From: Octopus sinensis | Taxonomy: Eukaryota | Assembly (NCBI RefSeq): GCF_006345805.1 | Contig: NC_042997.1 | Span: 70,680,001-70,744,000, forward strand | Direction: 5' to 3' | Length of the DNA: 64,000 nucleotides | Shown here: positions 11,131 to 24,873 of the stretch, one piece after another | Layout of the letters: every line of letters starts with the position of its first letter | Numbering within the stretch: the stretch's first letter is position 1 | Made by a program: the position numbers and the translations under genes | The notes under the pieces: model-generated | Databases searched by the model: none | What the model was told of the DNA's origin: nothing | Seen by the model: only the letters and a program-made list of their open reading frames with translations

Positions 11131-12137
11131 ATTGCACACAGACACACACGCACACACACACACTTTCATATATATATACATATATACACTCACGTGCAGG
11201 TATTTGTGCATGGGTGTACGTGTCTGTATCTCCCTGTCTGTGTTTATATTAGCCAGTGTGAAAACCAGCGTGTTAAAAAAAAATCTTAGGCATTCGCTGA
11301 ATACAGGTCAAAAAGTACACCCTTGTGAAATAATTTACTATTTTCCATATCATCTAATAAAATCCCTGTACTTAGATCATCTAAGTGTATGTTTTCGTTT
11401 GTGTGTGTACATGTATCCGATTGTGGGTGTATATGTATTCGTTTGTGCTGATTTATGTATTCCTTGAATGCTCATACAACGTTTCTGTTTTGTTACAGTG
11501 GTCTTTCAGTAACCGACATACTGCTTAACGAACAATAATTTCTTTCTTTTTTGTTTACTTAATTTCGTAAACGGCATAGTTACTCTTGTTGTTTTGCTTT
11601 AGCTTCTCCCGAATATATTTTATTTGTCATTCAAGAAATCTTGTCTACCACTGTATCGTATAGCATATATAACTATATATCTATCAATATGAACATTTGT
11701 CTTACTATCCAACTACATTGCCTAAGATAAGATCCCTTGTTTTTACTGCTTTCTTTCTGTTTCAGTTTATTTCTCACACTCCCTCTTCATCTCCTTCTTT
11801 ATATTCACATACGCACGTGCTCACATACGGATACATATATGTATGTATATTAGTGGGGATTTTGTTTGTTTTCTCTTTCAGTTTATTTTTGTTGGAAAAG
11901 AAATGGTTAAAGAGCTTGCTATAAAACTTGATGGAATAAGAGAGAAGGACAGAGATAGGGAGGGTGAAGGATAGAGAACTTGTATACAAGTATGTCTTTA
12001 ATTGTGTGTATGTGTGCGAGTACAGCGTGCGTATCTGCGTGTGTGTGTGTGGAATATATTGAAAGCTGTTGAAAGAAATAGAACCAGTAAGTGTTTAACG
12101 GAATATGCTCTATTTGATATGTTTGCCCCTACAAATG

Positions 12138-12164
<27 letters not shown>

Positions 12165-12168
<4 letters not shown>

Positions 12169-12393
12169 TCTTTTACTTTTTTCTGTCATTTGACCGCGGC
12201 CAAGCTGGAGCACCGGCTTTAGTCGAACAAATCAACCCTATAACATCTTATCGGTCACTATTATCTAACCGCCAGGTTACGGGAACGTAAACACACGAAC
12301 ATCGGTTGTCATGCGATGGTAGTGGGACAAACACAGACGCAAAAATACACACACACACAGACACAGACACACACACACACTCACACACACACA

Positions 12394-12455
<62 letters not shown>
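12165..12455 (-). mobile_element. tRNA-SINE family A 3' half plus its (CA)n/(TA)n tract
   Basis: tcatttgaccgcggccaagctggagcaccggctttagtcgaac..gttacgggaacgtaaacacacgaacatcggttgtcatgcgatgg..gggacaaacacagac. Confidence 0.75.
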
Positions 12456-12733
12456 GAGAAATGGTTGATATCTGTATCATTCTTTAATTTAGGAGGTTCC
12501 AAAGGTCGATTTCTAGTAAAGATTCTTCATATTACTTTGGTAGCTTACTATTGCAAGTATTTTTCGAATATGTTACAAGTATAAAGTGCGTTATGAGCAT
12601 TTATAGAACACGTATCCTATAGACACTCAACAAAATTTTTTTTTAAAACTTATAACACCTCTTCTCCATCTTAGGATACGTGTTTTATAAATGCTCATAA
12701 CATACTTTATACACACATACACACACACACACA

Positions 12734-12768
<35 letters not shown>

Positions 12769-12780
12769 CACACATATATA

Positions 12781-13015
12781 TGATAGATCGGTAGCCACTA
12801 CATGATAGATCGCCATAATAGATCGGGAGCCACTACACAAATTTTTCTCTCTCCTTTTTTTATCTCCTTGATTCTTTCTGTGTTCATTTCTGCGGAAGAG
12901 CGTGGGCTCGAAACGTTAAAGACTTTTCAAATTCCCGAGCGTTATACTAATAGATCTGTTTGTTTTCTACACCACATGTCTTCGTCATTTGCTTTTATGT
13001 GAATTCTCCCTATTT
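12781..13015 (+). mobile_element. Short ORF-less PLE-type 3' terminal unit with variant hammerhead-like motif
   Basis: Flanked by (CA)n/(TA) and (TA)n. It has a 5' internal duplication tagatcgg(t/g)agccactaca twice, then ttt-CUGCGGA-A-gagc[gugg]gcuc-GAAA-CGUU-A-aag at 12887-12921 and a T-rich tail. Position 6 of the core is non-canonical. Confidence 0.5.
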
Positions 13016-13059
13016 ATATATATATATATATAGTTCCGGACAAAAGACCCCTAGGACAA

Positions 13060-13985
13060 GAGCCCCTTGTCGAAAAAGTCTCCGGAAGAAAACCGAACAT
13101 TCATATAAGGACTCTTACGCGAATTGTTAAAAAGGATCACAAAAGTACAGCCCCCAAAATTACTGCAGAGCTTAATGACCACCTCGAGAAACCAGTTTCT
13201 ACAAAAACTGTTCGCCAGGAGCTGCACAAAGCCGGATTTCACGGGAGGGCTGCAATCAGAAAACCACTACATTCAAAAACAAACCTTGCAAAGAGTTTAG
13301 AGTGGAGTAAAAACCTACAGAATTGGTCCCTAGAGCAGGGGAAAATGGTATTTTCCCGGACGAGTCATCCTTTACCTTAATTCCGACCACAGGCCAAGTG
13401 TACGTGTGGAGACAGACAAAAGAAGCATTTGAGCCAGACTGCATTTTTTCCAACTGTTAAACATGGAGAAGGATCAGTGATGATTGGGGGGAGGGGCTAT
13501 ATCATGGAAACCCGCCGGCCCCTTCATGGCAGAATTAATATTCAAGACTATTTAAGCATTTTATCTGATCAAATTCATCGTATGGTTGCGAAGTTGTTTC
13601 TTGAAGGAAACGCAATCTTTCAAGGTTATAATGCACCAATTCACACAGCTAAAATTGTTACTAAATGGCACAAGAAACATTCTTGTGAGATTGACCGTCT
13701 TATCTGGCCACCAGAGTCCCCAGATCTCAATATTTTCGAACATTTATGGTGCATTCTAGAAAAAACAAGTAAGGAGTCGATATCCACCACTATCATCACT
13801 ACAAGAACTGCAGACTGTTGTAACTGAAGAATGGACAAAACTTCCTTTGGAAACAATTAAAACTTTGTACGAGTCCATACCTCGTAGAATTGAAGCTGTA
13901 ATTACTGCCAAAGGCGGTCCTACCCCATATTAAAATAAATTTGTTTGAAATTTTAAGGCGTTTCCCTTATTTTGTCCAGCCCCTG
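13060..13985 (+). mobile_element. Degenerate Tc1-family (DD34E) transposon, 5'-truncated, right TIR present
   Basis: KITAELNDHLEKPVSTKTVRQELHKAGFHGRAAIRKP; FPTVKHGEGSVMI; AIFQGYNAPIHTAK; WPPESPDLNIFEHLW; LYESIPRRIEAVITAKGGPTPY*. Right TIR ggcgtttcccttattttgtccagcccctg at about 13957-13985. Confidence 0.9.
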
Positions 13986-14509
13986 TTTGTATGTATATGT
14001 GTGTGCGTGAGTAAGTGTGTGCGTACGCGAGTATGTGTGTATTTATGTATGTTTGTATGTATGAAGGCATGTATGTATAAATATGAATGCATGCTTATTT
14101 ATCGATGTGAGCATTTCATGTGGAGTATATAAACCATCAAAAAGTCAGGAGATATGAGAGGAGATTATATTTATTTGTCAATTTTAGGGTAACTTGTGTT
14201 TCGCAGCGTTCATAGCGTGATCATAATTTCAATGTATAATGAATTATGTTGACGTGTCTGTATTAATATGCATGTTGAGCATTAAGCAGTACAATCATAA
14301 ATCTACAAATCAGTGGAGATAAAGAGAACTGGGTCATCAGATCACCAGAGCAACATGATTACACCAATGTGTCAATTCTGTCGTCTGCAAGCCAAGTCCG
14401 CAAGAGGACCTTTCTCTGATAGTCACATGATCCAGTGAAACCATATATTACAGTACAAATTTATATACGCACATATATATATGCATATATACGTACAGAT
14501 TTATATAAA

Positions 14510-15247
<738 letters not shown>

Positions 15248-15601
15248 AAATGAATATTATACTCTATATGAGATGTAAGCATGCATTATATGCCAATGTA
15301 TAATCGTAGTGTAGCAGAAATAGACCATGCAAATAGATTTAACTACGTATGTCTGTCTATATAATGTCAGGAAAGTGTGACTAAAATCATTGTAACGTGA
15401 GGATAAATTCAGAAAAACTTTCTGGCAATAAAAATGTAAACAACTACAACCAGAAGAAGTCCACTAACAACAGCAATAACAGCAGCTGCAACCAACCGCA
15501 GCGCCAACCACCTCAACAACCACAACAGCGTTTTAAACGAAATGAAAGAAACATCATTTGAAGTTGTTGTTGGAAGAAATGAGTAAAACCTCGGAAAATA
15601 C

Positions 15602-15629
15602 GCACACACACACACACACCACACACACA

Positions 15630-15700
<71 letters not shown>
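15602..15700. repeat. (CA)n microsatellite
   Basis: Direct inspection. Confidence 0.97.
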
Positions 15701-15702
<2 letters not shown>

Positions 15703-16434
15703 AACTTAATTACATACATATACACATAGGCACTGCTACGAAATTACGTATGTGCACAGATCCAAATACACATCACACGAAATGAATTATTGGTGATGAA
15801 ATTAGACAGCAAAAGAGGATGAGAAGAAACAGGCAAATAAAATATCGAGTTAAAACAAAACATCAAATAAAGAGAGAAACGAAGAGAGAGTGAGAAAAGT
15901 GTGAGAAATAAAAGACAAAGAGATAAAGGAAGACTGCGTAAGTCAAGTGAAAGAAAAGCAAAAGCAAAAGAAACGGATTATATGGATATATGTGGAATGA
16001 CGCATTTGGACAAGGGAGGTGCTGAACGAGGTTAAATCTTAAGAGATTAGCGGTTTGTTAGTTGTCGGAAATAATTGGGATAAGGAACTTATTAGATTTT
16101 ACCACCGGTAAGGCTTTCGGTTGAGCACAAATTATGAGCACATCAAAGCCGAATGTAAAAACTGTTGTTTTGTTGATCAGGCAAGAACGTTGAAGGAGAT
16201 GGTGTCAATTAACGAATGACAAATGATGCTAAAAACTGGAATGCGAAAGTTAAGTCCAACCCTTTTATGACAAGTGTTAAGGTCTCGACGGTGATTTGTT
16301 TGCAAACTACCGACAAAATCAAAAATCACTATTAATTTAGCAGTAGTAAAATATAGCCAATCTAACTAACACCAGCTCTTGCCTGACATTGCTGCATGCT
16401 GTGCAACCACGATGATATTTTACTCTGTGTGTGT

Positions 16435-16535
<101 letters not shown>

Positions 16536-16809
16536 AGAAACTGTAAGGGAGAAAGTGTTGAAAGAAAGGAGAGGAGAGAAAGCAGGATATTATTGAGAGA
16601 AGAAAGAAATAGAGTAGGGAGAGTAAGGAGAATAAAGAGGGAAATAGACATGGAAAGTATACACACGCAAACACACACACACACATATATATAATTCTGG
16701 ATACATACACACGCAAATGAAAAAGATAAAGGCATTAAGAGGTTAACAGAAGAGACGGAGAAGAGAGACGGAGTGGGAGTGGGTTAAAGAGGGTAAGAAG
16801 AGGGAAATA

Positions 16810-16869
<60 letters not shown>

Positions 16870-16969
16870 ACACTCCCTCTCCCTCCCTCTCACATTATAT
16901 ATGTGCGTGTGTGCATGCGTGCATATATGTGTGTATATATATATATATGTGTGTGTGTGTATGTATGCG

Positions 16970-17046
<77 letters not shown>
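16810..17046. repeat. Two (TCTA)n arrays separated by TA/TG repeats
   Basis: (TCTA)n at about 16810-16868 and 16970-17046. Confidence 0.95.
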
Positions 17047-17689
17047 CGCTATATATATATATACATGTGTGTGTGTGTGTACTTATTCATGTGTGTGTGT
17101 GTATGAGAGAGAGAGAGAGGTGAGAGAGAATGAGAGTGAGTGAGTGTGGGTGATAGCAAGCGGAATATCCCCAGAGGAAGGGGTGAATCAAATTTCATGA
17201 AGCAAATTTGTTCGAGCAATGTAACAGCAAATTAAGAAAGAAAGGAAAGAAAAAAAGAATGGGAAGGCGATTGTTTGGTGTCGGTGAACTGAGCGATCAG
17301 TAAATGATTGGGAAATCGAAGCTTTATATTATAGACGAAACGTTGACAACTGTAAGAGGAGAAGATAAATGGGTTACGGAAAAGCATGGGTAGGAAATAG
17401 GAGGAAGTCTCAGAAATAAATAAATGAAACTGTTATAAACTTCTTGTTCTCGGTATAATGCCTATGATTTTCCTTTCATTTCGATGATATATGTGTGAGA
17501 TTCTGCTTCGTATATATCGTTACAGTGTGCACATCCAAGCTTAAATTTTGTAAGCGTTAGCAGCCAGTTTGCGTTCCTCAAAGCTAACAAAGTTGAAGTT
17601 ATTTCGCTTTGTCAGGCTGCATGAGAAAATAATTTACTCAAAGAGTTCCAAACATGACCATTCCGATATTTTTATAAATCGCAGGCGTG

Positions 17690-17694
17690 TGTAT

Positions 17695-17728
<34 letters not shown>

Positions 17729-17735
17729 GATATAC

Positions 17736-17798
<63 letters not shown>

Positions 17799-17815
17799 CA
17801 TATATATATATACAT

Positions 17816-17901
<86 letters not shown>
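17690..17901. repeat. Long (TA)n-dominated microsatellite
   Basis: Direct inspection. Confidence 0.97.
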
Positions 17902-17903
<2 letters not shown>

Positions 17904-17924
17904 TTACATAGGTATACATATATA

Positions 17925-18255
17925 TCTCTATATATAAACGGCAGTTTGTCTGTGTGTGTTTCTGTGTGTCTGTTTGGTTGTACCCTCACCCTGACCACTG
18001 CTTTCGACCGATTCTGATGAAACTTGACACACACATAGCCCAATGTCATAATTCAAAACTAACGCATGGGGTCGAGAATCAGAAACACAAACCACAGACT
18101 GTCTAGGGGACGCAACTCGACCTTTTTTAACTCTCAAAAAATAATTTACCATCATTTTTTTTCCATTTTTTTGCTAAGTTTTGGCTATAACTCTCTAAAA
18201 ATGCTTTATAGTTATTTCCCTTACAAACCTGAGCAACGCCGGGCGATACTGCTAG
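17925..18255 (+). mobile_element. Non-autonomous Helitron-like element
   Basis: A|TC 5' end (17924|17925-26), then tatataaacggcagtttgtctgtgtg. The 3' end has the hairpin cctgagcaacgccggg followed by CTAG|T (18252-55|18256), the canonical Helitron termini and A|T target. Confidence 0.75.
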
Positions 18256-18621
18256 TATATATATAAACGGCAAAATGTCTGTGTGTGTGTGCGTGTCCTT
18301 TATACAAATCCACAATTTTTCAGTTAGGGGGCTCGCACTTTCTATGGTCATTCAAAATCGTCCAAGGGTGGTCGTGCACATCTTTACATTTCCCCAGTCC
18401 CCCCGCAAAGCCATTAAAAAATCAATAGAAATGACGTTTTTGTAAATTTTCTATTCAAAACCCAATCAAAATGCCCGAAACTTGATACGCCAAATGAATG
18501 CCAGCTAGCTGTTTTTGATTAGTCGGAGATTTGGACAGTACTCACGTGTATGTGCGCACGCATGCAGCTGTATATGCATGCACTAGCACTATGACCCTGC
18601 ATCACCGGGTCGTAGTGCTAG
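18256..18621 (+). mobile_element. Second non-autonomous Helitron-like element, head-to-tail with the first
   Basis: Shares the 5' motif tatataaacggca..tgtctgtgtgtgt but has a different body. It ends CTAG|T (18618-21) inside a 15-bp stem, 9-nt loop hairpin (18583-18621). Confidence 0.7.
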
Positions 18622-18639
18622 TATATATATATATATATC

Positions 18640-21590
18640 ACAATATTAAAAATCAATTAAACCCAAACTACATTAGCCACAGACGATATAACAATCCTCA
18701 GTACAACCATAATCGAGTACACTACACAACCACTCCACCACAAACATACTACCATAGACACAATTTACATCCACCTTTCTCTCGTCAAACCAAACAAAAT
18801 ACAGACCTTCCACGACAATCCATGTACTACAACCATTTTTAGACGCAAACCAGAGAAACAGAGATGTGAAATGGAAACAAATAAACAAGTCCAACCGAAC
18901 ATAATCAACCTGTCAAAGAAAATCCTGAGTTCTACACAAATCAAAATCCTAGCAAGAGGTCTAAAATTTACCCCTACCCCACGCAGACCGAACCCAAATG
19001 AAATTAAGGACAATACTTTGGACTTCTGCCATAAATTACGCCTCACAGAAGCTCTTTACAACTTTACCAGTGAAGATGACTCAATAGTGAAAAACAAAAG
19101 TGAGTACCATCCTACAAATGGTAGAAATAAAGCACTTGATGTTTTCTGTGATCACATAACTTGCTTTCCTTACAATACCATTCCAAAGCAACATATCAAA
19201 TCCAACCTTAATTTAAACGAATGGAAAGACCTTGTCGAGCTAAAAAATGACATAAACCTCACTATTAAAGAAGCCGACAAAGGAAGTGCGGTAGTATTGA
19301 TGGATACAGAGTACTACAAAAATTTAATACTTTCCATGTTACTTACTATGAAAAACTAACATATTACAACCCACAGAAAACACTGAAAAATTTATCCCCC
19401 CTACTCCAAACTCATGGAAAGGGTCTTACAACACATGAAATTGACTATCTATCTAATTTCAAATACAGTCCTAGTCAATTCTACGGATTACCCAAGATAC
19501 ATAAAAATCCACTCATTTGTGAAGCCTGGAAAGTCTCTACAAGCCTATGCATTAATGTCCCTCCACCTACTGACCTCAAACTCAGACCCATCATAGCTGA
19601 CCCTTCCTGCGAAACCCACCGTTTGAGTAACTTTCTTGGCATATTACTCAAACCTCTTTTAAAATATGTGAAAAGCTATATCAGGGATGACCTAGACATG
19701 CTGAACCACCTCCCGAAGACAGTAAAGGACGGAACTCTACTGGTGTCTTTCGATGTGGTAAATCTATACATTAATATCCCACACGACTATGGTATAGAAG
19801 CAATCACATTTTGGCTAGAAAAGCACCCAGAAGAGATCCCAGGACGAATTAACCACAATTTTATAATTGAAGCACTGAAATTCGTCCTGTTGAACAGTCA
19901 TCTCTTGTTCGATACTACTTACTATCGACAGGAATGCGGAATTGCAATGGGGACCAGAGCTGCTCCAGTGATTGCAAACCTCGTAATGGGTTACCACGAA
20001 CTTAAGTTATACCAATCATCACTTGAAAAATATGGCGCCTCTTTCAATTACTACTTAAAGGAGAACTGGAAGAAATATTTAGATGATTGCTTCATTCTTT
20101 GGCCAGATAGCATGGATCAACTCCTTGATTTTAAAAGAATGCTCAACAACATACACAGCAATATACAATTCACTATGGAACACAACAGTAAGCAACTACC
20201 TTTTCTAGACATCTTAATTAGAATAGTTAACAACCACATAGAAAAAGACATCTTTTATAAACCCACAGACTCCAAACAATACCTATTATTTAACCCCTGC
20301 CACCCCAAACATATAAAAATCAACATACCTTTTAACCTAGCAAATACAATCTGCACCATAGTTTCCGATACATACACTCGGGAACATAGACTCCTTGAAC
20401 TTAGATCTACACAAAAACGAAAAGACACTACCCAATCTCATAAGTAAATGAAGGCATCAAAAGAGCTAAGGGAATAGATATACAAAGATTAAGGAAAACT
20501 AGCCGAAATACTAAACAAGACTTAAAAATACTCCCGTACATCTCCACACATAACCCCAGAAACAACGAAGCTTTCAACATCATCACCCAAAACCTCCCCA
20601 TCCTCACAGCAGACAAAACAATGAACGAAATTTTAAGCTCATATAAAATTATAAAAAGCAAAAAGCAACCGAAGTCACTGAAAAGAATACTAACCAACGC
20701 TAGACTTTACCCACCAACTACTGAGCAAAAAGTGACAAAATGTGGACGTTCTAACTGTGGAACATGCCCCCACCTTCTGGAGGGTTCAGAATTCCAATTC
20801 AAACAAGGAGAAATATTTAAGATCAAATCAAATTTCACCTGCGCCTCAGCAAATGTAATGACATGCACAGGATGTGGTAAACTCTATATTGGACAAACAG
20901 GAATTTCGCTCCGTCAAAGAATCACCATTCACAAAGAGCAAATCCGTCACCCACAATACAGACAGTTCAAGGTGAGTGAACACATAGAAAGATGTGCCAG
21001 GAATCTTAATCCCAATTTCCAAATATTTCCCTTTTACCAATGCTCACAGAACACCACAATGCAACAAAGGTTGAATAAAGAGTCATTTTTCATCAACAAA
21101 TTTCTCCCCCAATTAAATATGAACACACAACTCAATACAGAACACCACTAACTCTTCAATTTAAACCACTAAACCCTATACACTTTCTACATCACTCACA
21201 TCTCTAATTCCACAACTACTTACCTCCCTTACATATAATCCAGAACTGCTTACCTCCCTTACAAATAATCTCTTTTCTCAGGAACTATTAGACCTGACAC
21301 CGTTTATTAACCGGTGTTGTTCAAACGATGAATAGCCCACGCGCAAGCCAATTGGTTTGTTTCAGTCTCTTACTTTATTATTATTATTATTAACTTCTTA
21401 TAATCATCTCAGAACAATGACCTTTATGACTCCTATTACTACCTCAATCAATCTAAATGTATATATTTGTCACTACCTGTCATATATAGCCTTTTTCTAT
21501 CTGCAATATGCATTTTCATTGATTTTTCATATTTTACCCTTACATTTCCACGTGTATTTTATATTTTCTTTTCGTAACATATTTCTACAA
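18640..21590 (+). mobile_element. Penelope-like retroelement (RT + C-terminal GIY-YIG, Neptune-like linker), near full length, frameshifted
   Basis: A/C-rich coding strand; ORF pieces 18871-19359, 19623-20447 and 20621-21151; ends in (TA)n. No intact hammerhead was seen in its 3' region. Confidence 0.92.
18871..21151 (+). pseudogene. PLE reverse transcriptase-GIY-YIG endonuclease polyprotein (broken into at least three frames)
   Basis: IINLSKKILSSTQIKILARGLKFTPTP; TIKEADKGSAVVLMD; LVSFDVVNLYINIP; GIAMGTRAAPVIANLVMG; WKKYLDDCFILW; LPFLDI; FYKPTDSKQYL; linker CGRSNCGTC (C-x4-C-x2-C); TCTGCGKLYIGQT..LRQRITIHK..HI..E.FFINKFLPQLN. Confidence 0.92.
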
Positions 21591-21629
21591 TATATATATA
21601 TACATAAATATATATATATTTTGTTTTGT

Positions 21630-21963
21630 GAAGGCGCATGACTCAGTGGTTAGAGCCTCGAGCTTACGATCGTGTGGTTGTGAGTTCGAATTCCGGACCG
21701 GGCTGCGTATTGTGTTCTTGAGCAACACACTTTATATCACGTTGCTCCAGTTCACTGCGCTATAGAAATGAGTTGCGACGTCACAGGCGCCAAGCTGCAT
21801 CGGTCTTTGCCTTTCCCTTGGATAACACAGGTGCCGCGGAGAGGAGAGGCCGGTATGCATGGGCGACTGCTGGTCTTCCATATACAACCTTCCACGGATT
21901 TGAGCCTGGGAGAGTAACTCTCTAGGTGTAATCCCATCGTCATTCTTGACCGAAGGGGGTCTC
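21630..21963 (+). mobile_element. tRNA-SINE family C, full length
   Basis: gaaggcgcatgactcagtggttagagc (A box)..gtgagttcgaattccggacc (B box)..ttcttgagcaacacactttat..gagttgcgacgtcac..gaccgaagggggtct. Homologous to the minus copy at 40463-40715. Confidence 0.85.
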
Positions 21964-22049
21964 AGCAACTAAATCTATTCTTTTAATTGTTTCAATCATT
22001 TGAGTAGATTGAAAAGTAGAGTAGAAAAGAATATATGTACATTCAGTGA

Positions 22050-22182
22050 AAAATTCATATATATACATACGAGCAAAACGGCCCCCGTCCAATGGACAGT
22101 GCTGAGTTGTCAAACATTTAAACCAAATTTTCTCAAAACAACTTGTCTGACCGTCCCATAGGCTCCCCTTTGAGAAACACTG
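22050..22182 (-). mobile_element. Possible hAT (Charlie-type) terminal fragment
   Basis: Ends in cccctttgagaaacactg, whose reverse complement CAGTGTTTCTCAAA is a Charlie-type TIR motif. No partner TIR was found. Confidence 0.35.
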
Positions 22183-22589
22183 ATTTAACCTAAATTTGAG
22201 ACACGAGCAAAAGAAGAAATAACGATAGACTTTATTTATTTATTCATACAAATATGCAACCGAAGAGTTTAAAGTACCAGTAATGATAAGGCTGTTGACT
22301 GGATAACACAAACAAGGTTTAAACAGTAAGCTTGGCCAGAAAGAAATGTGCCTCTAAACAGTACAAACGCAACAAAAAATGGAAGGTGCAGTTATGTACA
22401 GGTTGACGGAAGAAAAGCAGGACAAAAACGATGCATGCAAATGGGTTAGCTGGAGGTATATCTAAATGGAAAAGCATAATGAATTTATGAGAACGTTCCT
22501 GGGACAATAAGTTTATCCGATAAAATATGTAGGAAATCAACTTGGGGCGATTTTTGATGAAAAGCAACAACCTAGGGAACTAAGTAACT

Positions 22590-22870
22590 AATTTTAAGCT
22601 AACTTAGCATGGGAAAGCTAGTGGAGCGCAGCCTTGTAAACCACATTCCTTGTTACTCCGTCTGGAGCGTAGTAGAAAATGCACGTTCCCACGGCTTTAT
22701 CGATCGCATTCTCACCTGGAATCGATTTTTGTTATTTTTTTGACACTTATACACGCCCTGATACCATCGGTATCTACATATCAAATTTGACCGCAATCGG
22801 ATGGAGGATGCCCGACCGAGATCCTAGAAGACACACACACAGACAGACAAAACGGATTTTAAATTGTATA
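22590..22870 (-). mobile_element. Helitron-like non-autonomous element, 5' portion
   Basis: acatatcaaatttgaccgcaatcggatggagg..cacacacagacagacaaaacggattttaaattgtatatat has the same architecture as the 5' ends at 17925 and 18256, in reverse orientation. Confidence 0.55.
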
Positions 22871-22955
22871 TATATATTATTATATATTATTATTATTATA
22901 TATATATACATACATATATACATACATATATACCACATACACACATACTCATATA

Positions 22956-23000
<45 letters not shown>

Positions 23001-23434
23001 ATCTGTGTGTGTGTGTGTGTGCATATCGTCGTATGCACCACCAACAGCGTAATCAAGAATGTATATTTGATTGTCTATTCTTAATTCCTCTGAAGTTGTT
23101 TATGCGTAAAATATGCTGACCGCTCTAGCATATGCCGTAACAGAGTAACTCCTCCCTTTTAGACAACACTGTGTTGAACATGCTGGTCTTATCGTCGCAC
23201 AGCATTCAAGGATATGGGTGGGTTTTTACATACATATATTACAGATACACACACACACATACATACATACAAACTTACATACATACACGCGCACACACAT
23301 TATCGTGCAGTACTAATAACCTGATGTTAGAATTATTAAATATATGCTTCAAAGCGTCAGTCGAGTACGGGGTAGTAATAACAAATTAAAATGACAAAGG
23401 ACAAGAAATTATGTCATGATCTATATTTGCTTAC

Positions 23435-23520
23435 AGCCTAACTGCTAGGTTACGGGGGCGTAAACACACCAGCATCGGTTGTCAAGCGATGTTGGGGTTA
23501 CAAACACAGACATACAAACA
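23435..23520 (-). mobile_element. tRNA-SINE family A internal fragment
   Basis: ctgctaggttacgggggcgtaaacacaccagcatcggttgtcaagcgatgttggggttacaaacacagac. Confidence 0.65.
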
Positions 23521-24077
23521 TATACACTCACTCACACACTCGTTTTAATTTCTGATATATATATGCATGTATGTATGTATTGATATGTAAGTTAAGCTAT
23601 GTATACATAAATATTATTCATAATCGCTCCCCAATCCCCGATAGATTTAAACCTCTAAACTATTAATAAATAACGAATAACAAGAATAATGTAGTTTATC
23701 TCTTATCTCTTCATACACTATCTTTTATTACACAATATTCTGTGAAATTATATTATAAATCTGGTGTTGTAACATGTATGTATACTTTCGTTGAGATGTA
23801 AAGGAAATGAAATCTCATATAGATATTTGTGTATGTTTGTACGTAGGTATATATATGCAAGTACATCTATTTGTTGCACACACGCATGTACTTATGTGTA
23901 TGATGAATTATAATGCAGTAACTCTAGTATAACTGTTATGATATATCTGAATATATTGACTCTGATTTTAAAATTAATAAGATTACATCTATCGTATATC
24001 TGTTTATTGTATTATGGTATGCTATTTATTTGAATCGCCTATACTGTGTATTGTGAAGTGGAGATTACACAGAAACT

Positions 24078-24228
24078 ATCATCATCATCATCATTAATAT
24101 TATTATTATTATCATCATTATTATTATCATTATAATTATTATTAGTATCATTATTATTATCATTATTATTATCATTATTATTATCATCATTATTATCATT
24201 ATTATCATCATCATCATCATCATCATCA

Positions 24229-24293
<65 letters not shown>
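24078..24293. repeat. (ATC)n/(ATT)n trinucleotide microsatellite
   Basis: Direct inspection. Confidence 0.97.
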
Positions 24294-24295
<2 letters not shown>

Positions 24296-24802
24296 TAGTA
24301 TATTTTTTATATCGTGCTTTCACTTCACTACCGAGCGCAGCTCTGTGTGCCTTGGGTATGTGCTGTGATTTGTTGAGATGCTCTAATGGTTATTGTATGG
24401 AAAGTGTTCTGCGTAGGATGTGTGCAGTGCCTAGTAGTGCAATTTTCTGTATGCTATATGTGTTTGTAAGTCCTGGTGTTTTTGTTATGTATTTGTCTGA
24501 ATATTTTTTTATCATGCCTAATTCACCTTATGATAGGAATTGTTTCTGCTTTTAGATTCCACATTCTGGTTACCTCTATTTCCAGGTCTTTATATTTTGA
24601 AAGTTTCTCCATTTCTTTTAGAGACACGTTGTCATCCGCTGGCATTGATACATCAATTAGAAAACATTTTTTTGTTCATATTCTCTGACAACTATATCTG
24701 GTCTGTTGCACTTATCTGTGTAAAAAAAATAAGGCAATAGACCAGATATAGTTGTCAGAGATCATGAAGAAAAAAAATGTTTCTAATTGATGTATCAATA
24801 CC
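24294..24802 (-). mobile_element. R4/Dong-type RLE LINE 3' end (family A1) with 5' foldback inversion
   Basis: Minus strand reads CFLIDVSMPADDNVSLKEMEKLSKYKDLEIEVTRMWNLK..ALLGTAHILRRTLSIQ*, then a 3' UTR followed by (AAT)n. 24734-24799 is an inverted copy of 24644-24709. Confidence 0.85.

Positions 24803-24872
<70 letters not shown>
24803..24872. repeat. (AAT)n immediately followed by (TTA)n (polarity flip near 24838)
   Basis: Direct inspection. Confidence 0.95.

Positions 24873-24873
<1 letters not shown>

Noticed and set aside
15400-15560. N/Q-rich frame SEKLSGNKNVNNYNQKKSTNNSNNSSCNQPQRQPPQQPQQRFKRNERNII*
   Set aside because: There is no good splice acceptor or start codon, and the composition is consistent with a decayed (AAC/AGC)n repeat.
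21630-21710. tRNA-like sequences (also 14510, 46535, 57534, 60840)
   Set aside because: A and B boxes are present but each continues into a SINE body and lacks a complete cloverleaf, so they are SINE heads rather than tRNA genes.
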